This document shows, one piece after another, positions 1 to 13,240 of a DNA stretch of 64,000 nucleotides (within the stretch, counting starts at the first letter, position 1; the number at the start of each line of letters is the position of its first letter). Origin of the DNA: Callorhinchus milii. Lineage: Eukaryota. Under the pieces are notes generated by a model. That model had not been told where the DNA came from. It made no database searches and was given only the letters and a program-made list of their open reading frames with translations. The stretch lies in contig NW_024704743.1 in the NCBI RefSeq assembly GCF_018977255.1, forward strand, positions 98,086,001 to 98,150,000. Reading direction: 5' to 3'. The position numbers were made by a program, and so were the translations under genes.

Positions 1-164
1 ATGAAAGCCACGATAAAATATATATAAGAAGAAAAACGCAATTTGCGTAATATGCTTGAATTTTGGAGTGAATAAAAGAACTTTAAAAGCACATTGCATG
101 CAAAATTATAACATGTGAATACTCTAACTGTAAATAGAGTATTGTATTCAACTTTGATCACCCC

Positions 165-1312
165 ACTTTAGGTAGATTGTCAGGTAATAGAAAGGTTGCA
201 GATTTGCTTGGATGATACCAGGGACAAGACTATGAGAGGACACTGGAGAAACTGTGCCTATTTTCAATAGAACACAAAAAGGGGATTCCGGTTAAAAAGG
301 TCTTTACAATTATGCGTTTTGATAGAGAATTATTGACTAGAGGACATCAATTTAAGATAATTGGCAAAGCAAGAGATCAGGAGGAATCCTAAGAGAAGTA
401 GAGATGCAGCGATCTGGGGATTCAGATCCACAAATCTCTTAGTAACTTCACCGATAGATAAGGCTATAAAAAGGGACAATGGAGTCTTGGGCTTTATATG
501 CAGAGAGATAGAGTATAAAAATTAGACGGTGATGTTGAATTTGTCCAAAACCTTGGTTAGAAAAAACATTTGGAGTACTGTGTCCAATTCTGATTTCCAC
601 ACTATAAAGAGAATATAGCAGTGATGGAAAGAGTACAATTTTGGATTATTAAGATGAAAACAGGGCTATCAGGTTACTGCTGTCAGGAGAGACTGGTAGG
701 TAAGGCCTTTTTTCACTAGAAAAGAGACATTTAACAGGGTCCAAATAGATGTATTTAAAATTATAAAAGGGTTTAATAAGGTTAACATAAATAGGCTGAT
801 TCCACTGGGTAGGGAGTCCATATCAGAGACACAGGTACTAGGGGATCTAAAAGAGAATTCATGAGGAACTGCTTCATACGGAGAGCAGTGAGAATCTCAG
901 ACTTGCTGCTTGAAGTGGTGATTGAATCAAATAGTATAGACGCATTCAAGCGGAAGCTTGTCCTTCAAATGAGGGAGAGGGGAATAGAAAAGTAAGGAAA
1001 GGATGGAGATTTATGTGGAGTATAAACACCAGCATGGACTAATTGGACCGGGTGGCCTGTTTCGATGCGGTACATTTTTGTACATCTTTGAATATTTTTT
1101 CAAAGAGTTGTTAATATGTAGAATGCCCTGCATGGTTGGTAGTCAAGGCAAAATCCAAAATTAGCTTTCAAGAGGGAAGCAGATAGAGATGTAAAAAGGA
1201 ATAATTTGTAGGTTTGGGGAAATTAAACTGAAAGGATTGCTTTCAAAGAGCCAGCTCAGATACAATGCGCTGAATGGTTTTCTTCTGTGCTGTAAATTTC
1301 TATAGTTCTATT
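165..1312 (+). mobile_element. Cluster of decayed CR1 LINE 3' fragments
   Basis: Degraded ORF2 end (aaaaccttggttag...ttggagtactgtgtccaattctg ~ KTLVR..LEYCVQF) and two CR1-type 3' UTR ends (~1020-1080, ~1240-1312); similar to clearer copies at 17084 and 34565. Confidence 0.75.
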
Positions 1313-1387
1313 CAAATTATAGCATATCAACAGAACATAATTTTGAGAGCTAAAATGTGAATTGGGATGTTCCAATAAGAACTAGGT

Positions 1388-1790
1388 AATACTCCAGTGC
1401 AGCGATGGATAGTGCTGCTTTGTCAGAGGTGCCATCCTTTGAATGAAACATTGCCAAGTTTTTGGGACATCCTCCCAACGTGAAAGCCACTACGTAAGTG
1501 TAAATTGTATTGTATTGTAAATTGTATTGTAGACCAAGATTTTGTCTGCCAGTTCAGGTGGATTTCAAAGAACCCATGACAGTATTCAAAAGGAGAAGGG
1601 ATATTTTTTCTTGATGTCCTGCCAAAAATCCTCAAGTTAAATTGCTCATTCACCTCCTGGCTATTTGTGGGACATTGCTCTACACAAATTGCCTGCCACA
1701 TTTGCCTACAAATAAACTACAGAAAAATTCTGTAAATTGCTTTAAGATAGTTCAATGTAAGGTGTTATATCAAATACAAAGATTTTTATT
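1388..1790 (+). mobile_element. Old Deu-type SINE, partial, containing a short L2-type tail
   Basis: gtgggacattgct...aaattgcctgccacatttgcctaca core and atatcaaatacaaag tail shared with other copies in the window. Confidence 0.65.
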
Positions 1791-3491
1791 AAATAATTCA
1801 TGAAAATCAATAAGACTTTACTGGCTTCCAATTCAAACTGCAATGGAGGAGGAGAAAGATTATTCATTGTCAATGGATTGAGTTTTGGTCAGAATTGTAG
1901 GTTTTGATTGAATATTTCCCAGTTTGTATTATCCATGTTGAGGGGGGTGGCAATATTTTTAACAATTTAAAACAGTGTTACTTAACATTGGTGTTAATTC
2001 ATAGATTCATAGAAAGTACAGCTCAGAAACAGGCCATCTAGTCCAGCCACTGCTTATACTCCACACAAGTGAAATTACAAATTAATTAACATATCACAAA
2101 TCACAATTTGTACCTCAATACACACATGATTCTAACCATCATGCCAAAGAGAGCAAAATTAGATACTTTGCTATATTTTTATAGTTAAAGCTAGAAAAAT
2201 AGAAATTTTTACCGTCTTTCCAAAATGTTGGTTAATCTGTTCAATACATCTTTCTCAAACATCCTAAGATTTTGGAGGTTGATCTGTTCAGTTTATTAGG
2301 TACAGTAAATTGTTTAATGTAGGCTCATGAAGGAAAATTAGTAGTTCATAAGCAAGTTTTTCTTGACGGGTGAGAGAAATTCATATTGTTCAAAATTAGC
2401 TATTTTATTTTAAAATAAATATCAGCCAAATCAGATCAGAATCATTCTGATTCAAGTCAGCATTCGCTCTATTCTATACTAATAATGTACTTCAACCTTA
2501 ACCACCATCCTAGTGCATCTATCATGTCCAACACTCACTGAATGCACTCTCCAAGTAAGACTGGACAATTAGTATTGAATCATGATGTGTTTTGTTTTGT
2601 GAACCCTTGGTCCAGTGGGAGCTGTGCTGAGACTGCTCAAACATGCCTCACCATGAGAGCTTTAGTAGCTGTCAGAGAGCTGAGATGCTCAGACATTTTA
2701 ATCCTGCCTGTGTGGGCTGAATTTGAGTTAACATATTAGAACATACTCTAAAGTAAGCAGGTTGACGCTTAAGGCTCGAACAGGGGACAGGTCTTGCTAC
2801 TTTCACAGTCCTTACATTTTGATGCACTATATTAACAGCATCTAATGCAAGATATCAACAATGTTTCAGAGTTGATCAAGAACCAGAATAGCTAATAGCA
2901 GAAATAAATTAAAATTAAATTTTACATCTGAAAGTACTCTATGAATTAATTTAAATTAACTTTTGGAATGTACTATGATTAATATTCATAATATTAATCT
3001 CACCGTTGGAATTAAGAAAGCTCCTCTACAATAATATGCATTTATGTGAACAAAATTACATTAATCATATTGACATATGGTTTCCTAATGTATTGATATT
3101 AATAGTCAACAACAATAAGGTTAAGAGCAATGGATAATCTGTGTGGTCCCTGGTGTGGCACTTTTGATAGTAAGTGTGCGAAGATAGCAAATCTTTACCA
3201 CTGACCTGTAAGTGCTGGATCACTCACATCCCTCCAGAGTAATTTACTGCTGGATTAATTCAGTTTTTCAAAGACATAATGTTTTATGTCTCTCGCAAGT
3301 CTAACTGACAGCTACCACTTCATACCTTTGATAGCTCCACTCTTTGATAGCTCCACTCTTGGACCCTCTTCATCTATTGACATTCTTGGCCTGAACATCA
3401 TTGCTGAAATAAAACTCTTCGCCTTCATCAGTGAAGCTACCTCCATTACTCTAGTTTTCTTTTTTTGGGCATAGTAGTTCTTTTGTCCTCA

Positions 3492-3935
3492 TTTATTTTT
3501 TGACCAGCCGAGTGTCTGACATACACGGAAATCTATTACCATGTTTAAGAGTATCTAAACGAAATATCGAGTTCCATGCATCCCACCTATACATGTAAAT
3601 TTCCAACATGTTTATTGGAATCGAATGCACACTCTCTCCCTGGAGGGATGCATCCTGCTTACATAATTCTGGATTAGGCGCAGATTGGCAAGAGTCAAGG
3701 CTTGGGGTTCCCAGCGAAAACCACATAGCTTGCCATTGAAAGCACTACCTGGCAAGTTTTCCCACTGTTTGTCCAGCTAGGGCCAACCGAACATTAGGGC
3801 TTGGATGGTGGGGTAAGAGGAGATTCCCCAGTGACTGGTCTGCCTTCCAAGTCCTGCCGATGAGCTAGCCTGGCTGTGGTGTCATCAGCAGTGCCCTGAG
3901 GTACTGCGGATCTGCCTGGTTCAGGAACTGGTCTA
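3492..3935 (-). mobile_element. Unclassified interspersed repeat, long copy (~450 bp)
   Basis: Reverse-complement match along its length to 51951-52420; terminal ~115 bp shared with five shorter copies. Confidence 0.75.
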
Positions 3936-4228
3936 GCAAGACTGCCACCAAGGCTTGGTGTGATCCTCCTTTTATTTCCAAAGTCTCTATAAATTACAAG
4001 TCCATCCAAGGGTATTTAGGGAGGACATTCTATGAGCCTCTTTCACCCTTCTGAAAAGGATAGAAGAGGCTTGTCCCCTGTCTCCTGGAACTCTTTCCCA
4101 CTATGCTAACCTCCCACTTACCTTCAAATTCCTTGCTGACCCTACCTTTCAACAATGACTTTAAATCTCTCATTTCCCTGCTCATGTAAGCCTCTACTAC
4201 ATTCTACTACATTCCAATAAACATCTTG

Positions 4229-4339
4229 GGAATTTCTATGTGTAGGCAGAATGCACGGAACTCTCCATTCGGTTTGGATACCCTTAAGCATGGTGATGGG
4301 TTTCCACTTGTGTCAGACACTCGGCTGACCAAATAAAAG
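4229..4339 (+). mobile_element. Unclassified repeat, short copy (~110 bp)
   Basis: ggaatttctatgtgtagg...cttaagcatggtgatgggtttccac...gtcagacactcggctgaccaaataaaa; inverted relative to the 3492 copy. Confidence 0.75.
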
Positions 4340-6024
4340 ACTCATTGGGTCACAATGTGTTGTTGTGTGTTATTATCCTAGTGCAGGTTCAGTGAAATGT
4401 TGCATTGTATCAAATCATGCTTACATTGTAATTGTCCCATTAGATCAAGCGTATCACATAATGAAATCTGTATCGTAATTTTAAAAGAGGTCAAATATCA
4501 ATTAAAGGACTGCAGTACATTAGGTACTGTGCTATAGTGACAGATAATGTAGTCCTCTAGTTGAGGGTCTCACAATTGGGTCATATTCACACAAAAAAAC
4601 ATAATGTGATTTGTATAAGGACATAGAAGTAGAGGGCAGCAGGAGGTATAAACTATGCTTCCAAATCGATTTGGACAGCACATTTATAGCTGGACGATGC
4701 TCATCTCACTTATTCATTTGAGATATGCCTCTTAATAATTGTCTTAATTGCTGTGCTAGTCAACTTGACTTATTCTATTAAAGTGATGACTAATAGCATT
4801 GGGGCAATGCAGAGCAGCAGTAATCACAGTAAGTGTTGGTTTACTGCTTGGCTTAATAGAAAGCATTCAAAGATAAACGTGGGCTTTCCCGGCATAAGTG
4901 GCCATTCAGTGAATTGTAGCTAATAAGGTGAAAGTCAGGATTCTTCCATTATATATATTTCTTATAGCATTTATTGTGATATTAATAAGACACTAATATC
5001 AAAGAGCATCCGTTTTGAAAGGTTGGCCATATCAGGTTGCAAACCTCTCAGCACCAGCATATTGTGAAGGGCTGATCAATTTATGTGCTGGGGAATGCCG
5101 ATTGTGGGGGTCGATGTGTGTGGGGGTGCTAAAAAGCCTTAAAAAGATGTCACTGCAATATACACAATGATAAATGTATACTGTAACAGGTTGCAGAGAA
5201 AATGAATCAATCAATTTGACTCACCACAAGGTGGCAGTAGAAAGCTTCCAGAAGAACCTGCCTGTCAAGCTCCAGCTTCTGCACCATAGAGAAATAACAA
5301 GATTCATTTCATTGGAAGCTATAAGCAAAGTAAAAATAGAAACTTACTGCAAGCATCAGTTGTTTTTCCTTGTAACTTTCCTTTAAAGGGACACTGTCTT
5401 CCCTCAAAAGGACTTGGCAAATCGTTTTTTTTTNGTCGAGCAAGGAGAGAGATATGATTCAGGATAGTTGTCAAATAATATCACACACAGGTGACGATTT
5501 AATAGAATCTGCATTTCTGCTTTGTCTATTTGCAACGAAAGCTGCACAGCTTTGCAAAACTCTTTTTTCTCTGAAATAAATCTCTTGTTTTTTTTAAAAA
5601 TCAATAACAGTAGAGAAGTGGCCTAAAAAATACACAGTCACTATACAGTAAATCCTGGGAAGAGCTTTGAGACATCCTCCCGATGTGAAAGGCACTATTT
5701 CAATGGAAGGATTATTATCTTTCTTTATCTAGGCTTGTTGAGCTTCTTGATAATTGTCGCTTTACTTCTTGGAATGATAATTTTACCACTGATTGATTTG
5801 CCGCAAAAATAGAACCAGGGTGAATTTTAGTAGACTATTTTGTCTTTTACAAGAGGAAAGAACACACTTTAAGGAGCCAGGATTTAGCAGAGGATGGAAG
5901 AGAGCAGGTTGCCTCCCACTACCCTGTCAGCCAGCACTGGTGCATAGCACAATGAGTGCAACAACAAAAATATTATCAAAAATTGGGCTGTAGTTACTTT
6001 CTATGTTATCTTCTTTAAAGAGAC

Positions 6025-6305
6025 AACAACAAATTACTTTTGAATAGCACCTTTCATATCAGGCGGATGTCCCAAGGTACTGGACAGTCAAGAATTTGGA
6101 CCTGAGCTGGGGTTTGGGATCAGGAGGGGTGGAGAGCAGGGGGGTTGGGTAGGAAGGTGACCAAAGGCACATGTCGAAGAGGAGACGTACCTTGAAGGAG
6201 GCAAGGGAGGAAGCGAGGTGAAGGGAATGTGGGATGGAGTTCCAAAGGGTGGGGGCAGAGAGGCTGAAGGTCCGACCGCCGATGGTGATGCGTGCAGGTT
6301 GGCGG
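6025..6305 (-). mobile_element. L2 LINE 3' end
   Basis: Minus strand reads ..GGRTFSLSAPTLWNSIP.. followed by an L2-type tail and (TTG)n; matches the 3' end of the L2 at 29497-32060. Confidence 0.75.
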
Positions 6306-6689
6306 ACAAAACAATCTGAGATTCACTGCCTCCTTTTAACCCAGCTAGAAAGTTGTATTTTGTACTCAGTAGGCAGGAAATACATCTGCCAATTTATGCA
6401 AATGTATTATTGTTGGGATTTAAAATGTCCTGCTGAGGAAAACGGTAATCTTACTGTTGTGTGGCCACCAGACAAAGCAACTTGCAATGGAAAGTGTATT
6501 TTCAGCCAGGAAACACCAGTATATAACAGAAGATTGGGTGGGACTCAAGATCCCATGGGTTGGCATGATGTAGAGGGATTTTATGCTGAATTGGCAACTT
6601 ATGTTGTGAGCTAATTTATCAAGAGAGACCAGTGATATTATCACTTTCAAGAGGACAGTTTGTTCCACCTATTATCCAATTAATCACAA

Positions 6690-7135
6690 GTTCACAAAAT
6701 CAGTTCAGATGAACAAGGCATTCAGCCTTTTTGATCTCAACCTGCGAGAATACCCACCCTACCGTCCTCCCATCACAAGATGAAGCTTTTTTTAAAACAA
6801 AATGAGTCGTGTCCTGGCAATACAATTGAGTCATAAATTCTGTGTAAAGAAATATCTAGCGTATGACTTGAAATTGCCCTTTGCAACCCTGAACCTAAGC
6901 TTTCTTGTTCTGCTGCCTTGGCATATCTGAAAGTATTGTTTGGGTTTAATTTCTCAATCCCATTTACAATCTTATACCTCTATCAATTCCCATCTGAGAT
7001 GTCTCTAGACATCTCTGAGCCCTACCTTATCTAATCTTGGCTGGCAGCTCATTCTTCTAACACAAGGAATCATCCATGTCATTGTCTTCTGCACTGTCTC
7101 TACGGCCTGTGCATCCCCCTTCAATTTGGTGTAAA
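6690..7135 (-). mobile_element. Decayed CR1 3' fragment
   Basis: Similar to the minus-strand CR1 ends at 27462 and 59877 (tgtgtaaagaaa...gaaattgcc; tcttctgcactgtctct). Confidence 0.55.
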
Positions 7136-7731
7136 CACAGGTAAAACCTACAGCTATTTGAAGAAATCAGATTTACTTGGGTTAGGATCAAAAACACACC
7201 ACCTAAAAGAAGAAAAAACACAGAAAAATAAATGTTCTTATAAATATCATATAAAATAATGCACAAATACAATGTTTTTTTTCATTTCAGTTATTTATAA
7301 CAATAACCCAATAAATCCTGAAGGCATTTTTGAGTGTTAACATTTTATATCAAAAGCCATTATATTTTGGTTTCATGAAGTAAGAGAATATTTGGACAAT
7401 GTACGTTTAAAAATGGACGGATATAACAAAAAAAGTGATGTTTATTTTTGCTATCTAAACTACTGGCTACATTAATATGTAAGGAAGGCATCAGGCACAG
7501 GAAAAACTGGCAGATGGGAGATCTTTAGGTAAAACAGAAAGGAAAATAGTACCTAGCGAAAGGTACATAGTGTGAACGAAAAGATGACATAAAACGCAGT
7601 GGAAATGAAATTATTTTTTATTCACTAAGTATCCAAAGGAAATAGTGGGCACAATAATGATCATTGTTTCCGTTGTTAATACTATTGATGTAAATGTATA
7701 TATATATACATATAGTTGTGTGTGAATATAT

Positions 7732-7906
7732 ACATACTCACTAGGCTCCACTGGCTCCCTATTCCCCAACAAATTGACTTTACAATCCTCGTTCAATCTT
7801 CCAAAGGCCACCGTAGTTTAAAATAGGTGGTGGTGTTTCAGACATTGGAATGATAGTTGTGTTTAGAAGTGGGTTGTAAGTCTATTCTTTGGTGCCCTTG
7901 CTCCAC
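7732..7906 (+). repeat. Local duplicate of 8465-8640
   Basis: Near-identical ~175-bp direct copy, flanked by (TA)n/(CA)n. Confidence 0.9.
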
Positions 7907-8319
7907 ACTGTGTATACATATATATATACACACACGCAGTATATATCACTGTAGCATCCAAAATTAGAAAAATATCACTTTAAAAGTCACCAGTTAACAA
8001 CTGCAAGGTGAATAACTGATAACATTGTGAAAGTCAGATCGCAATATATTTTCTTGTCAAGATTTTTAAAGATTTATAGTATGCACCATTATATCATGGT
8101 ATTATGTAAGGACAAAATATCTTTGGACAACGTGCTTGTGAAAATGTAAGGTTATGATAAACAGCGTACTTTTCCAACTTATGTTTGGCCACCTTCACTT
8201 CAAACTTTATTCCGTAGGTGACCAAATATTTGTTATATGAGTTCTATATTCTGGTGAAGAACCCATTAATCAAGATATTTTGTGACTTCAGTCAACGTCT
8301 GAAGTCACATTTAAAAATG

Positions 8320-8775
8320 TTCCATCTTTGTCACCTCCAGACTTGGCTCTTTAGTGTCCTCCTTGCCAGCCTTGCCACTCAACCCCCACCCCCACAAGCT
8401 TCAGATCACCCAACACTCTGCAACATGCAGCTTTTCCTGAACCATACTCCGATAGCCTATTTCCACATACTCACTCGACTCCACTGGGTCCCTATTCCCC
8501 CAACAAATTGGCTTTACAATCCTCGTTCAATCTTCCAAAAGCCACCATAATTTAAAAGAAGTGGTTGTGTTTCAGACATTGGAATGATAGTTGTGTTTAG
8601 AAGTGGGTTGTAAGTCTATTCTTTGGTGCCCTTGCTCCACCCTGCCTCTGTCATTTTCTGCTGCCCTATTCCTTCACCCACTCCCTATGCTCTATGAACT
8701 CTAACCTGCTCCTGGCCCCACATTCCCTAAGCCCCACCATCAATGAGGCAGTTTTCAGCCACTTTGCCCCATTTG
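8320..8775 (+). mobile_element. Decayed L2 ORF2 3' fragment carrying an ~80-bp foreign insert
   Basis: cgactccactgggtccctatt = RLHWVPI (L2 'LHWLP' region); L2-like sequence resumes at cccttgctccaccc after the insert. Confidence 0.65.
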
Positions 8776-11700
8776 TTTTATTTTGAGAATTCCATAGAGC
8801 AGGGAAAATATACCATGTGCTCATCATGAGGTGGATGTCATTCCCAGCAAGTCAACACATACCTTCTAAATTGATGAGGATGGAAAAGATAACTCTGCTG
8901 CTTGATACATTTTTTTGAACACACTGTGGTTCATTCTGAAACACTTTTTTCTGCTCCTGTAGTGTTGAAGGAGTGGCCATAAATAAAGAGGAGATAGGAA
9001 GATACTTGATGAAAAGAAACACTTTCTGTTTGTTAGAGAGAAACCAACAAAGGTAAATACAGTGACAGTGCTATTTTCTAAAACTATCTAACAGCTGACA
9101 CACTGATTTGTGAATTGCAAGGCATGCAGTCTTCTCACCTAAATTAAATTGTAAACAGGACTGTGATTTGGGAGAAACTTTTGCATTAGCAACCAAAAAT
9201 AACAGATATACCACAATGTACTTTTAAGAAGATAGTTAATCTTATTTTTATTGTGTTCCAAATTTATATTTGTTACATAACGTAAATGCAGTCCACAAAA
9301 GATAAATACATTTTAAAGAGGTGGTTGTGTTTCAGACATTGGAAATATAGTAGTTGTGTTTAGAAAAGTGGGCAAGTGGGTTGTAAGTCTATTCATTGGC
9401 ACCTAAAGTTCTTCCTCCAGTTGTAGAACTGATGTAGCTTGTACTTTTGGCTGATGACCCTCAAAGATTAATGCAACCACATTTCTCCTCTGCCAGGATG
9501 AGTCTCAAAGCTCTTAGAATCTCCTCCATTCATCTCCATCAGAATGCAACCAGCTTCTTTGTAGTCAACCTGAAGATATTAAAGCTTTTTGGCCTGTTTT
9601 TTTATGTATCAGTCGGGTGTCTGACACATGTGGAAACCCATCACCGTGCTTACAAATATCCAAACCAAACTGAGAATTTGATGAATCCCACCTACACATG
9701 GAAATTCTCATGTTTGGAATGGTCTTTGATTTATTGCCTGCTAGTTCCCCTTTCCATTTGAGTTACTAGAAGCTAGTTTTTTGTTTTATTTTGAGAACTT
9801 CTTCAATAGAGGATCCACACCATCAACAATCATATTCTGCTGTGTTGGTGTTCATTGCGTGAGTTTTGCCATCGTTCATCCAGAGAAAAATTAAGCCCTC
9901 GATTGTCAGACAACAATCAAGAATACAAGGGTCAATCAGTTTAACCTTTATATTGCCAGTCATATCCTTTGCATCAACATCCTGTCTCCAGCTTGTCATT
10001 TAGGTATTCCTCTTGATTGGTGACTCCATAACCCCCCTCCCCCCATGCTCAAACTGGAGGGAGGATGCCTTAAAACTTAACTTTATTGCTCATGTCCCCC
10101 ATTACCTCAACGAGTGAACATTCAACCACTTTGTCCTTGCTCTCTGGAACTTTCTCCCTAAATCCCTGTCCCATGCTCTCTGCCTCTCTGCTATCAAAAC
10201 ATGTCTCTCTTTGACTGTACCAACAGCCACTTCCTGCTCACCCACTCCTGATCTACCTTGCTCGGTCTCCCAATCAGTCTCTATAAAGTGCTTTGAGACA
10301 TTCTCCTACATGTAAGACATTATATAAGTGCACGCCACTGTTGTTGTTGTAATCACCTCATTACAAACATTTACAAAGAATGTACAGTACAGAAATGGGC
10401 CACTCAGCCCAACCAGTCCGTGCCAGTGATAATACTCCACATGAGACTTCACCCACTCCTTACTTCATTTGATTTAACTCAAATTCACGAAATTCAAACA
10501 TATTGCCAGTGATTATTATCACATCACAAATCACATTTCTCACGCCATTAACAGTCCAGAGTACTTCAAATAACTTCAGTTCTGCTCCAAAAAAGCGGCA
10601 CAAAAATGTCTGACGCCCTGAATTCTGCAATAGGATTTTTCCGCCTTATGGATCACTTTCATGAGTTTAGCATGCCCAAGTGTGCTATGAAAAAAAATGA
10701 AACGTAGAGAATTCGAGCACTGTTCCAATTGCACGTCATGGCTCTCAGACTAATGCTCTGCAGTGCTTCCTTTTGTACCACAAAAGTCTTCAAAAGTGAA
10801 AGATTGTAGCCTTGTCATTTTTTGGTAATGGAAAACACTGTTATTATATATATATAAATATATATATAACATGTGATTTAGAGTATCCAAAGGACTGGTT
10901 ACTAAAGCAAAACACAGAGGTGGCTGCTGAGTACTGATGTCTCCAGGGAAAATTAACTACTTTGGCAAGCACCCATCACTTAAATCAGAATCCCATAGCA
11001 TTTGCAGTGTGGCATAGAGCCATGCTGCAGCAGCAAACTGGTCAGCATTCTCTCTCATCACAAAGTCTGAGAACACAATCCACTACCCTTTTGTAAATTG
11101 ACTTGAATTGAGCCACAGCTTGAACTAGGTTGTGAGATGCTGTGACTCACCCTGGAGCTATGTAGCTGATCTCACCAAGACATGGATCTGCACCACTGTA
11201 ATATAAGTGTAGGGGATGCATGTTGATTCAGCCTTCAGTTTCTTAAACATTCTTAAGAGTCCCACTGGACCGCCCACAGGCTTTTCAGAGACTGTTTTTA
11301 ATGTTGTTAAAGAGGTGCCCATTCAACCACTGTTTAATAACATTTAAATGTAATTGGCCTTCAATGTCAGATAGCAGAGTCTGCATGTGCTTGGTTGCAC
11401 ACACACAGAACTCTCCTCAGCTGCTGGGCAATGTCATTTCGGAGAGAGAAACATAAATTAGTCTTCCCACTCTCCACCACTTGAGTTCTGAATGTTTTGC
11501 TCAACATTGCCAAACAGTGTGAGGTAGCCATAAACATGCTGGGTTACATTGCTGCATTACTTGAGTTAAGATTTTCTGAACTCGTGCCCATCCTTTCATG
11601 TTCTGGTCAGACTTAAGATCAGTCTTCACATAAGTAAACATTCTGCTAATCAGTATTAATATTATTTATATTCTGTGCGCAATTGGCTGCCACGTTTTGT

Positions 11701-12175
11701 CCACAAAATACACCGTCACTACATTTTACAGTATATTTTGTGAAGCACTTTGGGACATCTTAACGATGTGATGAGGCACAATACCAAATGCAAGAATTAT
11801 TATTATTAAATTATTATTATTTTGACAACTTTCTCCCCCAACTCTTACTAGGGTGAGTTGCCGCGGGTGGCAGGAGCCTTATGCTGCCTCACCCAAGCCT
11901 AGATGTGTGAACCCAGATTGCCAGCAGGCTGTATGTCTATGGAAGGCAACAGACCAGACAACATAAGGCTGGTGCAGTCCTCACCAAATATACACATTCT
12001 AACTTTCCGGTTCAAGAGGATATTGTTGAGGTGTGGGAATGCTAGCTGATTATTTTATCCCTTCCCAGGGAATTAAAGTAAACAGCAGTGCCCCAAATGT
12101 ATTGTGCTAAATCAGCAAAGGCCAGAGATCAAATTTGCAACGTTCTAGTCTGCAAACCCTAATTTCCCCACTTGT

Positions 12176-12322
12176 GGCCTGAAATTCCACCTGGTCTTGG
12201 CTTGTAGGATTATTTTGTCTTAAATTTAAGATTGTGCAGAACTGTGGAAAATCCTTCAATTCAGTTAGAACTTGGCCATTTTTTTCAAAACTGAGGAAAA
12301 CTTGCGCGTAGGAATTCTGTCC
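12176..12322. mobile_element. Palindromic MITE-like element, partial
   Basis: Starts ggcctgaaattccac...attttgtcttaaa, matching the termini of 15487-15686. Confidence 0.5.
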
Positions 12323-12691
12323 AGAGGCTGATCCGAAAAATCTGAGCTGGGAGCAGTGTACATTTTATACTTGCTAGGCAGTTAGTGACCAAAAATTAAT
12401 TATACAACTATACAACTAAAAAATAATCATCATGCTTACATTTGAAAAAGCGCTTCACAAGATATACTGTAAGGTGTAATGACTGTGTGTTTTGTGAGCA
12501 AAATGCGTTAGCCAATTGCGCACAGCAGTGTCCCACAGACAGTTGTGGATTGAGCAACCACATTATTAAATAATTAATAAATAGTCACTTTTTAAATTGA
12601 AGGTGCCAATTCAATACTCAGTGGGCTAGTAGAAGTCATTCTCCCAAAGTCCGTAGCCCACGTAATAATAATAATAATCATAATAATAATA

Positions 12692-13240
12692 ACAATTTGT
12701 AAACTCTTTAATATTGATATAAAGATCAACTGGTATGAACATCAACCAGCAAAAGTAACATTGAAAAATAACATCACAAAAATCTGGGACACACAGTTAT
12801 CTGTAATAAATCAGATTTTTTTTTGATCATGCTTAAGAGTATCCAAACCTGGCTGAGATTTCCATGCATCGAACCTACACAAACCATATATTATTACAAG
12901 GAACCAAATAGATTGTACATGTAGTATTATTGATGTGGCTATACCAAGTGACTATAGCGTAACAAATAAGGAACCAGAGAAGATCAGGAAAAAATCAATT
13001 TACAAATTGAAGCGGACGCATGTGGCAGTATAAAACATAGTTCCTGTAATAATTGGTACAATTGGGATTGTTAATAAGAAATGGCTTGACAAAATACCTC
13101 ATGCAAAATATCAACCTCATGCAAAAGTAGCTATTTTAGGAAGTAACATCCGTTCATATGTAACGTGGTATCATCATTGAAAAACACTTAGAAACTATCT
13201 CTACAGAGTGATTTAAACTGTAAAAGAATAATGATAATAA
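12692..13240 (+). mobile_element. R4/Dong-clade non-LTR retrotransposon, 3' fragment with a restriction-like endonuclease remnant
   Basis: Frameshifted translation NWYEHQPAKV..NNITKIWD / CSIIDVAIPSDYSVTNKEPEKIRK / IVPVIIGTIG / MQK.AILG; (TAA)n on both sides. Confidence 0.8.

Noticed and set aside
5434..5434. Single N after a poly-T run (also at 41239)
   Set aside because: Most likely a sequencing or assembly ambiguity at homopolymers, not biology.
7067..7140. Apparent AG...GT exon on +
   Set aside because: Lies within a decayed minus-strand CR1 fragment.
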